This document shows positions 22,392 to 31,395 of a stretch of 64,000 nt of DNA, piece by piece; position 1 is the first letter of the stretch; every line of letters starts with the position of its first letter. This DNA is from Dehalococcoidia bacterium (GTDB lineage Bacteria > Chloroflexota > Dehalococcoidia > UBA2979). Below the pieces are notes generated by a model. The model did not search any database, was not told the DNA's origin, and saw only the letters and a program-made list of their open reading frames with translations. Location of the stretch: the NCBI GenBank assembly GCA_963667465.2, contig CAXXDN010000002.1, positions 512,001-576,000 on the forward strand. Reading direction: 5' to 3'. The position numbers and the translations under genes are program-made.

Positions 22392-25106
22392 CTACTCCCC
22401 CGCGACCGCGGCCTGGGCCGCCGCGAGTCGGGCGATCGGGACGCGGTAGGGGGAGCAGGAGACGTAGTCGAGGCCCGCGCGGTGGAAGAAGCCGACCGAG
22501 GCCGGGTCGCCGCCGTGCTCGCCGCAGATGCCGAGCTTCAGGCCGGGCTTCGCCCCGCGCCCTCGCTCCGCCGCGATGCGCACGAGGCCGCCGACGCCCT
22601 CGGTGTCGATCTGGACGAAGGGGTCGACCGACAGCACCTGCGTGTCGATGTAGTCCGACAGGAAGCGCCCCGCGTCGTCGCGCGAGAGCCCGAACGTCGT
22701 CTGCGTGAGGTCGTTCGTGCCGAACGAGAAGAAGTCCGCGTGCCCGGCGATGCGGTCCGCCACGATGCAGGCGCGCGGCAGCTCGATCATCGTGCCGATC
22801 AGGTAGTCCGGGCGCAGCCCGCGCTCGTCGATCACCGCCTCGGCGACGGCGGTGACCTGCTCGCGCAGCCGCCGCAGCTCCTCCTCGATGCCGACGAGCG
22901 GGATCATGATCTCCGGCAGCACCGCGACGCCCTCGGCCGTCAGCGCGCAGGCCGCCTCGAGGATGGCGCGGGTCTGCACCTCGTAGATCTCGGGGAAGCT
23001 GATCGCCAGCCGCACGCCGCGGTGGCCGAGCATCGGGTTGAACTCGTGCAGCGCGTCGAGGCGGCGGCGAATCTCGGCGCCGTCGATGCCGAGCGCGTTC
23101 GCGACCTCGGCGATCTCGGCCTCGCCCTGCGGCAGGAACTCGTGCAGCGGCGGGTCGAGCAGGCGGATCGTGACCGGGAACCCGGCCATCGCACGCAGGA
23201 TGCCGGCGAAGTCCTCGCGCTGCATCGGGAGGATCTGGTCGAGCGCCTCGCGGCGCCCCGCCTCGTCGGCCGCGAGGATCATGCGGCGCACGGCGAGGAT
23301 GCGGTCCTCGCCGAAGAACATGTGCTCCGTGCGGCAGAGGCCGATGCCCTCCGCGCCGAAGGCGCGCGCCCCCGCGGCGTCCTCGGGGGTGTCGGCGTTG
23401 GCGCGCACGCCGAGCTGGCGCCGGCTGTCCGCCCAGCCCATCAGCCGCCGGTACTCGTCGGGCAGCGAGGGCTCGACGAGCGGTACCGCGCCGAGCAGCA
23501 CCTCGCCGCTCGTCCCGTCGATCGAGATCGTGTCGCCGAGGTTCACGGTGTGGGTGACGCCTCCGGGCGTCTCGACGCTGAAGCGCTCGCGCGCGTAGTC
23601 GATCGCCAGCGCGCCGCAGCCGGCGACGCAGCACTTGCCCATGCCGCGCGCGACGACCGCCGCGTGCGAGGTCGCGCCGCCGCGGGCGGTGAGGATGCCC
23701 TGCGCCACCTGCATGCCCGCGAGGTCCTCGGGGCTGGTCTCGACGCGCACGAGCACGACCTGTTCGCCGCGGCCGGCCCATTCGGCGGCCTGCTCCGCGG
23801 AGAAGACGACGCGCCCGACGGCCGCGCCCGGCGAGGCGCCGAGGCCGGTCGCGATCACCAGCCGCTCGGCGGCGGGGTCGAAGGTGGGGTGCAGCAGCTC
23901 GTCGAGCTTCTCGGCTTCCTGGCGCGCGATCGCCTCGTCGAGGTCGATCAGCCCCTCGTCGACGAGGTCGACGGCGATCTTGACCATCGCCTGGCCGGTG
24001 CGCTTGCCGGAGCGTGTCTGGAGCACCCAGAGCCGCCCTTGCTGGACGGTGAACTCGATGTCCTGCATGTCGCTGAAGTGGCGCTCGAGGCGCTCGCACG
24101 CCTCGGCCAGCTCGCGCTGCGCGTCGGGCATCAGTTCCTCGAGGGAGTCGCCCGCGCCTGAGGCGAGCAGCGGTTGCGGGGTGCGGATGCCGGCGACGAC
24201 GTCCTCGCCCTGGGCGTTGATCAGGTACTCGCCGCTGAGCCGCCGCTCGCCGGTGGCGGGGTCGCGCGTGAAGACGACGCCGGTTGCGCAGTCCTCGCCG
24301 AGGTTGCCGAAGACCATCGCCTGCACGGTGACTGCCGTGCCCCAGTCCGAGGGGTATCCGTAGAGCTCGCGGTAGACGACGGCGCGCGGGTTCTCCCAGG
24401 AGTTGAAGACCGCCCCGATTGCGCCCCAGAGCTGCTCCCATGGGTCGTCGGGGAAGGCGAGGCCGGTGTGCGAGGCGATGACCGCCTTGAACTCGGCGAC
24501 CAGCTCGCGCAGCGCTGCCGCGTTCAGGTCGGTGTCGAGCTCTACGCCGCGCGCGTGCTTCTTGCGCTCGATCAGCGCCTCGAACGGGTCCTCTGCGGTG
24601 TCCGACTCAGCGCGCACGCCGAGCACGACGTCGCCGTACATCTGCACGAAGCGGCGGTAGGAGTCGTAGGCGAAGCGCGGGCTGCCCGAGCGCCGCGCGA
24701 GGCCCTCGGCGGTTTCGTCGTTGAGCCCGAGGTTGAGGACGGTGTCCATCATCCCCGGCATCGAGACGCGCGCGCCGGAGCGCACGGAGACGAGCAGCGG
24801 GTTGTGAGCGTCGCCGAAGCCCGCGCCGACGAGGCCGCCGACCTGTTCGACGGACTCGCGCACGGCGTCCTCGAGGCCGTCGGGGTAGCGGCGGCCGAGG
24901 GCGTAGAAGGCGTTGCAGACCTCGGTGGTGATGGTGAAGCCCGGTGGGACGGGGATGCCGAGGCTGCTCATCTCGGCGAGGCCGGCCCCCTTGCCGCCGA
25001 GCAGGTTGCGCATCGAGGCGTCGCCGTCGGCGTTGCCGGCGCCGAAGCGATAGACCGGCGGGAGGGTGGTAGCCGCGGTCGTGCCTTCGGGCGCGGTGGT
25101 GGTCAT
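22392..25106 (-). CDS. ppdK: Pyruvate, phosphate dikinase
   Basis: LLGGKGAGL, VSVRSGA..SMPGMMDT, RGGATSHAAVVARG, GIGLCRTEHMF, SFGTNDLTQ, GICGEHGG. Confidence 0.98.
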   Translation of the reverse strand: MTTTAPEGTTAATTLPPVYRFGAGNADGDASMRNLLGGKGAGLAEMSSLGIPVPPGFTITTEVCNAFYALGRRYPDGLEDAVRESVEQVGGLVGAGFGDAHNPLLVSVRSGARVSMPGMMDTVLNLGLNDETAEGLARRSGSPRFAYDSYRRFVQMYGDVVLGVRAESDTAEDPFEALIERKKHARGVELDTDLNAAALRELVAEFKAVIASHTGLAFPDDPWEQLWGAIGAVFNSWENPRAVVYRELYGYPSDWGTAVTVQAMVFGNLGEDCATGVVFTRDPATGERRLSGEYLINAQGEDVVAGIRTPQPLLASGAGDSLEELMPDAQRELAEACERLERHFSDMQDIEFTVQQGRLWVLQTRSGKRTGQAMVKIAVDLVDEGLIDLDEAIARQEAEKLDELLHPTFDPAAERLVIATGLGASPGAAVGRVVFSAEQAAEWAGRGEQVVLVRVETSPEDLAGMQVAQGILTARGGATSHAAVVARGMGKCCVAGCGALAIDYARERFSVETPGGVTHTVNLGDTISIDGTSGEVLLGAVPLVEPSLPDEYRRLMGWADSRRQLGVRANADTPEDAAGARAFGAEGIGLCRTEHMFFGEDRILAVRRMILAADEAGRREALDQILPMQREDFAGILRAMAGFPVTIRLLDPPLHEFLPQGEAEIAEVANALGIDGAEIRRRLDALHEFNPMLGHRGVRLAISFPEIYEVQTRAILEAACALTAEGVAVLPEIMIPLVGIEEELRRLREQVTAVAEAVIDERGLRPDYLIGTMIELPRACIVADRIAGHADFFSFGTNDLTQTTFGLSRDDAGRFLSDYIDTQVLSVDPFVQIDTEGVGGLVRIAAERGRGAKPGLKLGICGEHGGDPASVGFFHRAGLDYVSCSPYRVPIARLAAAQAAVAGE

Positions 25107-25275
25107 GGTGGCCTCTCGCGGGCGCGTCGGCAGCGCGCTCCGTGGGGAATGGCTGATGGGAATGCAAGAGACGCGCGCCGCCACGGGCTCGCGCTGCCCC
25201 CGCACTCTGCACGCAGTATAGGCGGTCCCCGCGCAACGCTCGCCACGAGGCGTAGCCGCTGCCCTCCACGGCCGG

Positions 25276-25311
25276 TTGCGTTGAATTGGGTAGCGTTTAT
25301 AGTGACACTAT
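25276..25311 (+). promoter_or_regulatory. hicAB promoter with overlapping palindromic operator
   Basis: TTGCGT (25276-81), N16, TATAGT (25298-303); palindrome ATAGTG-A-CACTAT (25299-25311) covers the -10 and the start codon. Confidence 0.6.
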
Positions 25312-25578
25312 GACGCCTCCACGGCCGCGAGACCTGTCTGCTCTGCGGCTGCGGGTCGGCAGCCTGACCGCGCGAGACTTGATCCGCGAGGCCGAGGCGC
25401 GCGGCTGGGTGGGCGCGGCTGGGTGGAGGTGCGGCGGCGCGGCAAAGGGAGCCATCCGGTCTGGGCGAAACCCGGAGGATCACGGATCGTGATTCCGGCA
25501 AGACCAGCCCGGCCGACCGTGCTGCGCATCCTCGCGATGCTCGACGAGGGGAGCGATCCCGATGACCCACATGGATGA
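25310..25578 (+). pseudogene. hicA: HicA-family toxin frameshifted by a 14-bp tandem duplication
   Basis: GCGCGGCTGGGTGG at 25399-25412 and 25413-25426. Removing one copy gives an 84-aa ORF ...EARGWVEVRRRGKGSHPVWAKPGGSRIVIP...TVLRIL with the HicA GSH motif. Confidence 0.88.
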
Positions 25579-26014
25579 AGCGAGCGCCATCACGGCCGCG
25601 CGGTTGGGGCCGTACGCGAGAGTCCTCACGCGTGACGAGGACGGCCGCTACGCCGCCGAGGTGCTTGAGTTCCCGGGCTGCTTCTCCAGCGGCGACGACG
25701 CCGAAGAAGCGATGGCGAATCTCGACGAGGCGATCGAAGTCTGGGTCGGGGGGACGCTCGAAGAGGGGGCCGGGGTGCCGCCCCCGATGCTGCACGGTGA
25801 GTTCTCGGGCCGCGTCACGCTGCGTCTGCTGCCCTCCGTCCACGAGCGCGCCTCGATGCTCGCGCGCCGCGAGGGCGTGAGCCTGAACCGCCTGCTCTCG
25901 AACGCGGTTTCGTACTACGTCGGCTATCTCGGCGGTGTGAATGACGCCGCACTGCTGCGCGACGCGCCCCGGCCGGCGTACGTGGCGGAGGAGCCCCCAA
26001 CCTACGAGGCGTAG
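25562..26014 (+). CDS. hicB: HicB-family antitoxin with a C-terminal ribbon-helix-helix
   Basis: EFPGCFSSGDDAEEAMANLDEA, SGRVTLRL.PSVH..A.REGVSLN. Confidence 0.92.
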   Translation: MTHMDEASAITAARLGPYARVLTRDEDGRYAAEVLEFPGCFSSGDDAEEAMANLDEAIEVWVGGTLEEGAGVPPPMLHGEFSGRVTLRLLPSVHERASMLARREGVSLNRLLSNAVSYYVGYLGGVNDAALLRDAPRPAYVAEEPPTYEA

Positions 26015-26020
26015 CCGCTG

Positions 26021-26743
26021 CTACGGCTTCCCGGCCGTCTCCGTCCCGCGGGCGACGACGATCTCGCCCTCGCTGGCGGAGCCGTAGGCGCCCTGGTAAC
26101 CCTCCGGCAGCAGCGCGGCGATGTGGCGCATCAGCAAGTCCGTCGCCTCCTCGGCCCGGCTGGCGGTCGCGGCGCCGTCGCCGAGCGAGAACGGCTCGCC
26201 GAAGCGCACGCGCACCGTGGGCCGCCCGCGCAACAGCCCACCGAGGATGGCGCGAGGCCCGCTCAGCGCCTCGGTGCCGGTCACGGCGACGGGCACGACG
26301 GGTGCGTCGCCCAGCAGCGCGAGCATCGCGGAGCCGGGCAGGGCGGGCATCAACGCCTGCGTCCGCGATCGCGTGCCCTCGGGGAAAACGAGCACGGCGC
26401 GGCCGGCCACCAGGTGGTTGCGCCCCACGCGCAGCGCGCCCATGTCGGCGGAATGACGCCGCACGGGGAACGCGCCGTAGGCCCAGACCGTCCAGCCGAC
26501 CAGCGGCGTCTCGAACATCTCGCGTTTCGCCATCGTCCGCACCCGCCGCGGCGAGCAGGCGGCGACCAGCACCGGGTCGAAGTTGCTCAGGTGGTTCGCG
26601 ACGATGAGCACGCGGCCATCCGCCGGCACATTCGCGGCGGCGACCACCTCGAGGCGGGCGAAGGTGCGGATCAACCAGTAGATGGCGCTGGTCGCCATCC
26701 AGTAGGCGAAGATCGAGAAGCGACCCCGGACCCAGCCGGTCAC
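26021..26743 (-). CDS. plsC: 1-acyl-sn-glycerol-3-phosphate acyltransferase
   Basis: NHLSNFD, MAKREMF, GAFPVRR, FPEGTRS. Confidence 0.93.
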   Translation of the reverse strand: MTGWVRGRFSIFAYWMATSAIYWLIRTFARLEVVAAANVPADGRVLIVANHLSNFDPVLVAACSPRRVRTMAKREMFETPLVGWTVWAYGAFPVRRHSADMGALRVGRNHLVAGRAVLVFPEGTRSRTQALMPALPGSAMLALLGDAPVVPVAVTGTEALSGPRAILGGLLRGRPTVRVRFGEPFSLGDGAATASRAEEATDLLMRHIAALLPEGYQGAYGSASEGEIVVARGTETAGKP

Positions 26744-28308
26744 GGGGCGTTCGCCCGCTCGTAGGCTTCGAGGGCGCGCGCGACGACCTGCTCGATGCCG
26801 AGGCTGTCGGTATCGAGGATCACCGCGTCCGGCGCGGCCTGCTCCGGGTGGATCGCGCGCTTGCCGGTCTGGTCAAGGCCGTCGCGGCGCGCGGTTTCCT
26901 CGATGACGCGCTCCAGGTCCGTCTCGCGGCCGGCGGCCAGCTCCTCGGCGAGGCGGCGGCGGGCGCGCACCTCGATCGAAGCGGCAAGGAAGATCTTCGC
27001 CCGCGCGTCGGTGAGCACGCGCGTGCCGATGTCGCGCCCGGCCATCACCACCGGGCTGCGCTCGGCGACTGAGCGCTGCAGCCGCACCAGCTCGTCGCGC
27101 ACCTCCGGCACGCGCGAGATCAGTGAGACGCTCGCCTCGATCGCCGGCTCGCGCAGGCCCTCGGTCACGTCCTCGCCGTCGACCGAGACGCGAGGCGTCT
27201 CCGGCTGCGGCCACGTCACATCGAGGTCGGCCGAGCGCACGCGGGCGATCACGGCCGCGGAGTCCGCGGCGTCGATGCCCGCGTCGAAGACGGCGCGCGT
27301 GCAGGCGCGGTACATCATGCCGGTATCGAGGAAGCCGAAGCCGAGCCGCCGGGCGAGCGCGCGCCCGACGGCGCTCTTGCCGGAGGCGGTCGGCCCGTCA
27401 AGCGCCAGGCTGCGCGCGGCCGGCTCGCTCGAGGCCTCGCCTGCCTGGGGTGGCGGCACGGGGGATTGTGGCGACGGGGATTGGGCAGCGATCGCGCGTG
27501 CCTCCGTCCCCGTACCGGCGGTCGCCCTCGAGGCGTCCGCGGCCAGCGTGCGCCGCGATGATATGGAGGCCGCCTCCGGCGAGTCCAGCAGCCCGACCAG
27601 TGCGAGCAACGCCCGCTCCTCGGCGGCGTCGAGTGGCCGCGAGGCGCCCGCCGCGAGATCGCCGAGTTCGAGACCGCCGACGGAGGTGCGGATCAGCCGC
27701 CGCACCGGGTGGCCGACGGCGTCCAGCATGCGCCGTAGCTGGCGCTTGCGGCCCTCGTGCAGCACGAGGCGCAGCCAGGCGCCGCGGCCATCGCGGCGCA
27801 GCAGCTCCGCCCCGGCCGGTGCGGTCGGGCCGTCGTCCAGCTCGACGCCCTCGCGCAGGCGGGCCAGCGCCGAGGCGTCCGGGACGCCATCGACGAGCGC
27901 CTGGTAGGTCTTGTCGACGCGATGGCGGGGGTGCATCAGGCGGTGCGCCAGCTCGCCGTGCGTGGTCAGCAGCAGCAGGCCCTCGCTGTCGCGGTCCAGC
28001 CGCCCGACGTGCCGCAGGCTCGCCGGCGGGTCGTCAAGCAGGTCGAACACCGTCGCGCGGCCGCGCTCGTCCGAGGCAGTCACCAGGACGCCTCGTGGCT
28101 TGTGCAGCAGCAGCGTGAGCTCGGGCGGGAGCGGGGGCAGCGGCGAGCCGTCGACGGTGATCACGCTGGCGGCGGAGTCGGCGCGGCGGCCGAGCTCGGC
28201 GACGGCGCCATCGACGCTCACACGGCCGTCGCTGATCAGCGCCTCGACGCTGCGGCGGCTGCCGAAGCCGTGGCGAGCGAGGATCTTCTGGAGCCGCTCC
28301 TCGGTCAC
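26740..28308 (-). CDS. Fused RluB-type pseudouridine synthase (S4) and cytidylate kinase
   Basis: ERLQKILA..G.GSRR, HVGRLDRDSEGLLLLT, EGRKRQLRRM; then ALDGPTASGKS, LDTGMMYRA, GRDIGT, RRDGLD. Confidence 0.92.
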   Translation of the reverse strand: MTEERLQKILARHGFGSRRSVEALISDGRVSVDGAVAELGRRADSAASVITVDGSPLPPLPPELTLLLHKPRGVLVTASDERGRATVFDLLDDPPASLRHVGRLDRDSEGLLLLTTHGELAHRLMHPRHRVDKTYQALVDGVPDASALARLREGVELDDGPTAPAGAELLRRDGRGAWLRLVLHEGRKRQLRRMLDAVGHPVRRLIRTSVGGLELGDLAAGASRPLDAAEERALLALVGLLDSPEAASISSRRTLAADASRATAGTGTEARAIAAQSPSPQSPVPPPQAGEASSEPAARSLALDGPTASGKSAVGRALARRLGFGFLDTGMMYRACTRAVFDAGIDAADSAAVIARVRSADLDVTWPQPETPRVSVDGEDVTEGLREPAIEASVSLISRVPEVRDELVRLQRSVAERSPVVMAGRDIGTRVLTDARAKIFLAASIEVRARRRLAEELAAGRETDLERVIEETARRDGLDQTGKRAIHPEQAAPDAVILDTDSLGIEQVVARALEAYERANAP

Positions 28309-28317
28309 GGGCGGGCG

Positions 28318-28608
28318 CTAGCCCTGGCGTCGGCGGAAGCGCTCGACGATCAGCCAGTCGGTGATCTCGGTGCGCGTGATCGCGCCGGAGCGGAAGGGCG
28401 AGAGCACTCGCAGGAGCGTTCCGCCGAGGGCAACCCGCAGCGCGTACTCCGCGGCGAGCGCCGCCCCAGCCACGAGCAGCGAGCGTTGCACCACGGGCAG
28501 CACGCCCGCTGGCACGAGGCTCACGACGCGCGCCGGGAGCCCTTCGCGACGCCGCACGAGCCCCCTTCGGCCCGTCGGCCGCGGCGCCGGCAGATAGCGC
28601 TCCGCCAT
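28318..28608 (-). CDS. Hypothetical protein
   Basis: SD GAGGAGG, upstream TAGGCT, co-oriented directly upstream of rluB-cmk. Confidence 0.6.
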   Translation of the reverse strand: MAERYLPAPRPTGRRGLVRRREGLPARVVSLVPAGVLPVVQRSLLVAGAALAAEYALRVALGGTLLRVLSPFRSGAITRTEITDWLIVERFRRRQG

Positions 28609-28713
28609 GCCCTGCCCTCCTCGTGGGGACGCCGTCAGCCTAGCGTGCGGGCTTGTGTCGGGCTAGAAAGGTCATGCGCAAAGCGCCAACGGTCGCTACA
28701 CGAGGAGGAAGGC

Positions 28714-29232
28714 ATGCTGCAACGGGGAACGGCACTGGCGGTCGGCCTGGCGCTGGCTCTCGTCCTCGCCGCCTGCGGCGGGTCGGACGGGGACCCGCCC
28801 GGCGACGAGGCCACCGCAACACCGGCGTCCGCACCGGTGGCCACTGCCACGCCCACGGCGGAGCCCACACCTGCCGAGGCCGCGACCGGGGAGGCCGCAG
28901 CTGCCGGGGGCGTGGACATTGTGGAGCACCTCCGCGAGAAGACCATGCAGCTGTGGGAGGTCTACAACACGTACGACGCCGACGCCCTCGCGGCCTTCTA
29001 TGAGCCGGGCTACTGGGCGGAGCAGGAGGAGGAGGTCCGGGCAAACCTGCGGCCCTTCAGAACCTTTGGCACAAAGGTCGACGCCGAGGAAACATCGTCG
29101 CCCACGGAGATCGAGCCGGGCAAATGGGAGACCAAACACACCGCCAGCTTCAGCTTCGGTTCAGTGAAGATGATCTTCATCTGGGAGCAGTTCGACGGCG
29201 AGTGGCTGCTCACCTACGCCGAAGACCAGTAG
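28714..29232 (+). CDS. Lipoprotein with an NTF2-like C-terminal domain
   Basis: Lipobox LAAC, Pro/Thr/Ala linker, YNTYDADALAAFY...FIWEQFDGEWLL; SD GAGGAGG. Confidence 0.8.
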   Translation: MLQRGTALAVGLALALVLAACGGSDGDPPGDEATATPASAPVATATPTAEPTPAEAATGEAAAAGGVDIVEHLREKTMQLWEVYNTYDADALAAFYEPGYWAEQEEEVRANLRPFRTFGTKVDAEETSSPTEIEPGKWETKHTASFSFGSVKMIFIWEQFDGEWLLTYAEDQ

Positions 29233-29256
29233 GACGGCTGTCCTGCGTGGCCGATT

Positions 29257-30114
29257 CTAATGGTCTGTAATCTCGTTGTCCGGGCTCTTCGACTGATGGG
29301 GCGGCGATTCAATGGCCGATCGTGTTACGCGCCTGCTGACGAGCGAACTGCGCATGACTGACTTCACAACTTCGGCGAACCACGGCGCGACGTCCGGCGA
29401 GAGGATAATTGCCTTCACTAGGATTTCAAGATCTACAGGTACGTATCGGCCTCGCTGCGCGGCTACATCCGGATCAAGGGGAACATCCGATGCTGCCTGA
29501 GGATAGCCTTTGAGCCATTCGTCAAATGGTGGCCCAGGCAGAACGGCGCGCACCTCATCTTCTCCACGGTATTCGATCCGCTTATGGAAGAGTGGTGCCC
29601 AACCAAGCCTTGGCACTTCTCTCCTTCGGTAGTCAACGTACTCGACTTGTCCGAATGTGACCGGCGGCGCGCCAACCGAGCGAATCGACTTCTGTAAGTC
29701 TTCGAAGGTGGTTCGAATCGCTACTCCCTCCGAGCCGGCGTAGGCGTCCCACATTAGCCTTGACTCATGGCAGGATTCCGTCCAGCAGCTTATCAAGGAG
29801 GCCTGCGTAATCTTGCGCAGGACTTCGTGGCCGAGGCGCTCGGCTTGTTGCAGCCGCTCTTCTCGCTCTTGGGGTGTTGGCGGGTTGATGAATCCTTCGT
29901 ACTTGTCCTCCATGTCTCCGACCAGGGAGAAGAACAGTGCCTTCCGTTCCAGCAGGGAGCAGAACTTTGCGAAGCTCATGTAGCGCCATAGCGTGGCAGT
30001 TGCCTCTGGTGCCGACGGCTCCCAGGAGTCCCCCCAACGGGCGTCAACACCGGAAAACAACCGTTGAGCGCCCAAAGCCATCCCGATCAGCGGCTTCCCA
30101 TACTCGTATGTCAA
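29257..30114 (-). CDS. DUF2971-like protein in a lower-GC segment
   Basis: LWRYMSFAKF, DKYEG, ISCW, MWDAYA, GVAI, GQVEYVDY, FHKRIEYRGEDEVR; start TTG 30114 (after AAGGGG) or ATG 30081. Confidence 0.75.
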   Translation of the reverse strand: MTYEYGKPLIGMALGAQRLFSGVDARWGDSWEPSAPEATATLWRYMSFAKFCSLLERKALFFSLVGDMEDKYEGFINPPTPQEREERLQQAERLGHEVLRKITQASLISCWTESCHESRLMWDAYAGSEGVAIRTTFEDLQKSIRSVGAPPVTFGQVEYVDYRRREVPRLGWAPLFHKRIEYRGEDEVRAVLPGPPFDEWLKGYPQAASDVPLDPDVAAQRGRYVPVDLEILVKAIILSPDVAPWFAEVVKSVMRSSLVSRRVTRSAIESPPHQSKSPDNEITDH

Positions 30115-30146
30115 TCTCGTAGTCCCCTTCAGCCTTGGGTGCGTAG

Positions 30147-30965
30147 CTACGCGCGCCCCAACTGCGCGTCCACCTCCGCCGTCAGGTCCGCGGGCTCCGC
30201 GCGGGCGCCCTCGGCGTCGAGGATGAGCGGGCCCTCGACGCGGCGGCGGGCGGCGGCGAACTCGGCGAGGGTGGCGACGACCAGCGGGGCCTCGCGGGCG
30301 ACTCCGCGCGCGCGGATCGCGGCGAACAGCTCGGAGGCGTCGAGGGTTGCGTCGTCGAGGTCGGCGGGGGGGCCGGGGAGCTGCTTGCGCAGGGCTTCGA
30401 GCTCGGGGTCGCCTAGCGAGTAGCGGCAGTAGGCGACCACCGGACCCTCGTCCACCTCGGCGATGGCGCGGTGCAGCATCACGCCGCTCTCCTCCGCGCC
30501 CTCGCGGATCAGCTGGCGGATCACGGCCTGCCACATACCCGCCGGGCCCGTCGGCAGCGCCGGGTGCAGGTTCAGCACGGCGTGCCGCTCGACGAACTCG
30601 CGCTCGAGGATCAGCATGTAGCCGGCCAGCATCCCGATGTCGAAGGGGTGCGCCGCCAGGTCCTCGTCCACCAGCCGGTCGTACTCCAGCCGCCACGCGG
30701 GCAGCGGCTCGCCGGGGCGCGAGAGCTTGCCGTCGACGGACCGCCGGTAATGGACCGAGGAGCGTGTGACCAGCGGCGTGCCGCCCTCGGCGACGAGGTC
30801 GAAGAAGGAGTCGGTCGCCCCGGACTCGCCGCGCTCGCGGTTGCAGAAGACGACGGCCAGCTCGGCGTCCATCGCGCCGGCGTCGATGGCGGCGCGCACG
30901 GCCTCGAACATCGCGCGTGACCCGGGACCGCGCGCGGTCGTGAACCAGCCGATGCGCAGCGTCAC
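30147..30965 (-). CDS. purN: Phosphoribosylglycinamide formyltransferase (atypical long form)
   Basis: VFCNRE, LAGYMLI, LNLHPALP, SGVMLH, VDEGPVV. Confidence 0.8.
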   Translation of the reverse strand: MTLRIGWFTTARGPGSRAMFEAVRAAIDAGAMDAELAVVFCNRERGESGATDSFFDLVAEGGTPLVTRSSVHYRRSVDGKLSRPGEPLPAWRLEYDRLVDEDLAAHPFDIGMLAGYMLILEREFVERHAVLNLHPALPTGPAGMWQAVIRQLIREGAEESGVMLHRAIAEVDEGPVVAYCRYSLGDPELEALRKQLPGPPADLDDATLDASELFAAIRARGVAREAPLVVATLAEFAAARRRVEGPLILDAEGARAEPADLTAEVDAQLGRA

Positions 30966-30978
30966 CGCGGCCTCGCCG

Positions 30979-31227
30979 TCATCGCGCGTCCGACTCGCCG
31001 GCGTAGGCCTCGCGCAGCTGCTCGATGCGCTGTTCGGCCTCGCTGAGCAGGCGCTGGCAGCGCTGGGCGAGCGTCATGCCTTCCTCGTAGAGCGCGACGG
31101 CGCGGTCGAGCGCGACGTCGCCGGTCTCGAGCTGTGCGGTGACTTCCTCGAGGCGCTCGAACAGTGCCTCGAAGGATTCGCCGGCTGCTTCCGGGGTGGT
31201 TGGGTCCGGGAGTTCGGCCTGGGCCAT
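30979..31227 (-). CDS. xseB: Exodeoxyribonuclease VII small subunit
   Basis: SFEALFERLEEV..QLETGDVALDRAVALYEEGM.L...C...L..AEQRI. Confidence 0.95.
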   Translation of the reverse strand: MAQAELPDPTTPEAAGESFEALFERLEEVTAQLETGDVALDRAVALYEEGMTLAQRCQRLLSEAEQRIEQLREAYAGESDAR

Positions 31228-31258
31228 GGTGTCCCTTCGCTTCTTCTTCGGTCGGCTG

Positions 31259-31370
31259 GGGACCCCCTCACCCCCGCCCTCTCCCGCCGGGGGAGGGGGG
31301 GCCGGAGTGGAGGGGACCGCCTCACTTCCGCCTTCTCCCTCGGGGAGAGGGGGCCGGACGGAGGAGGGGG
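31259..31370. repeat. Two BoxC/REP-like palindromic units between xseA and xseB
   Basis: CCCTCACCCCCGCCCTCTCCC-gccg-GGGGAGGGG and CCTCACTTCCGCCTTCTCCC-tcg-GGGAGAGGGGG; same family as 56059-56268 in the opposite orientation. Confidence 0.7.
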
Positions 31371-31395
31371 TTCGGCTGCGGCCGTCCGCGCCCCG

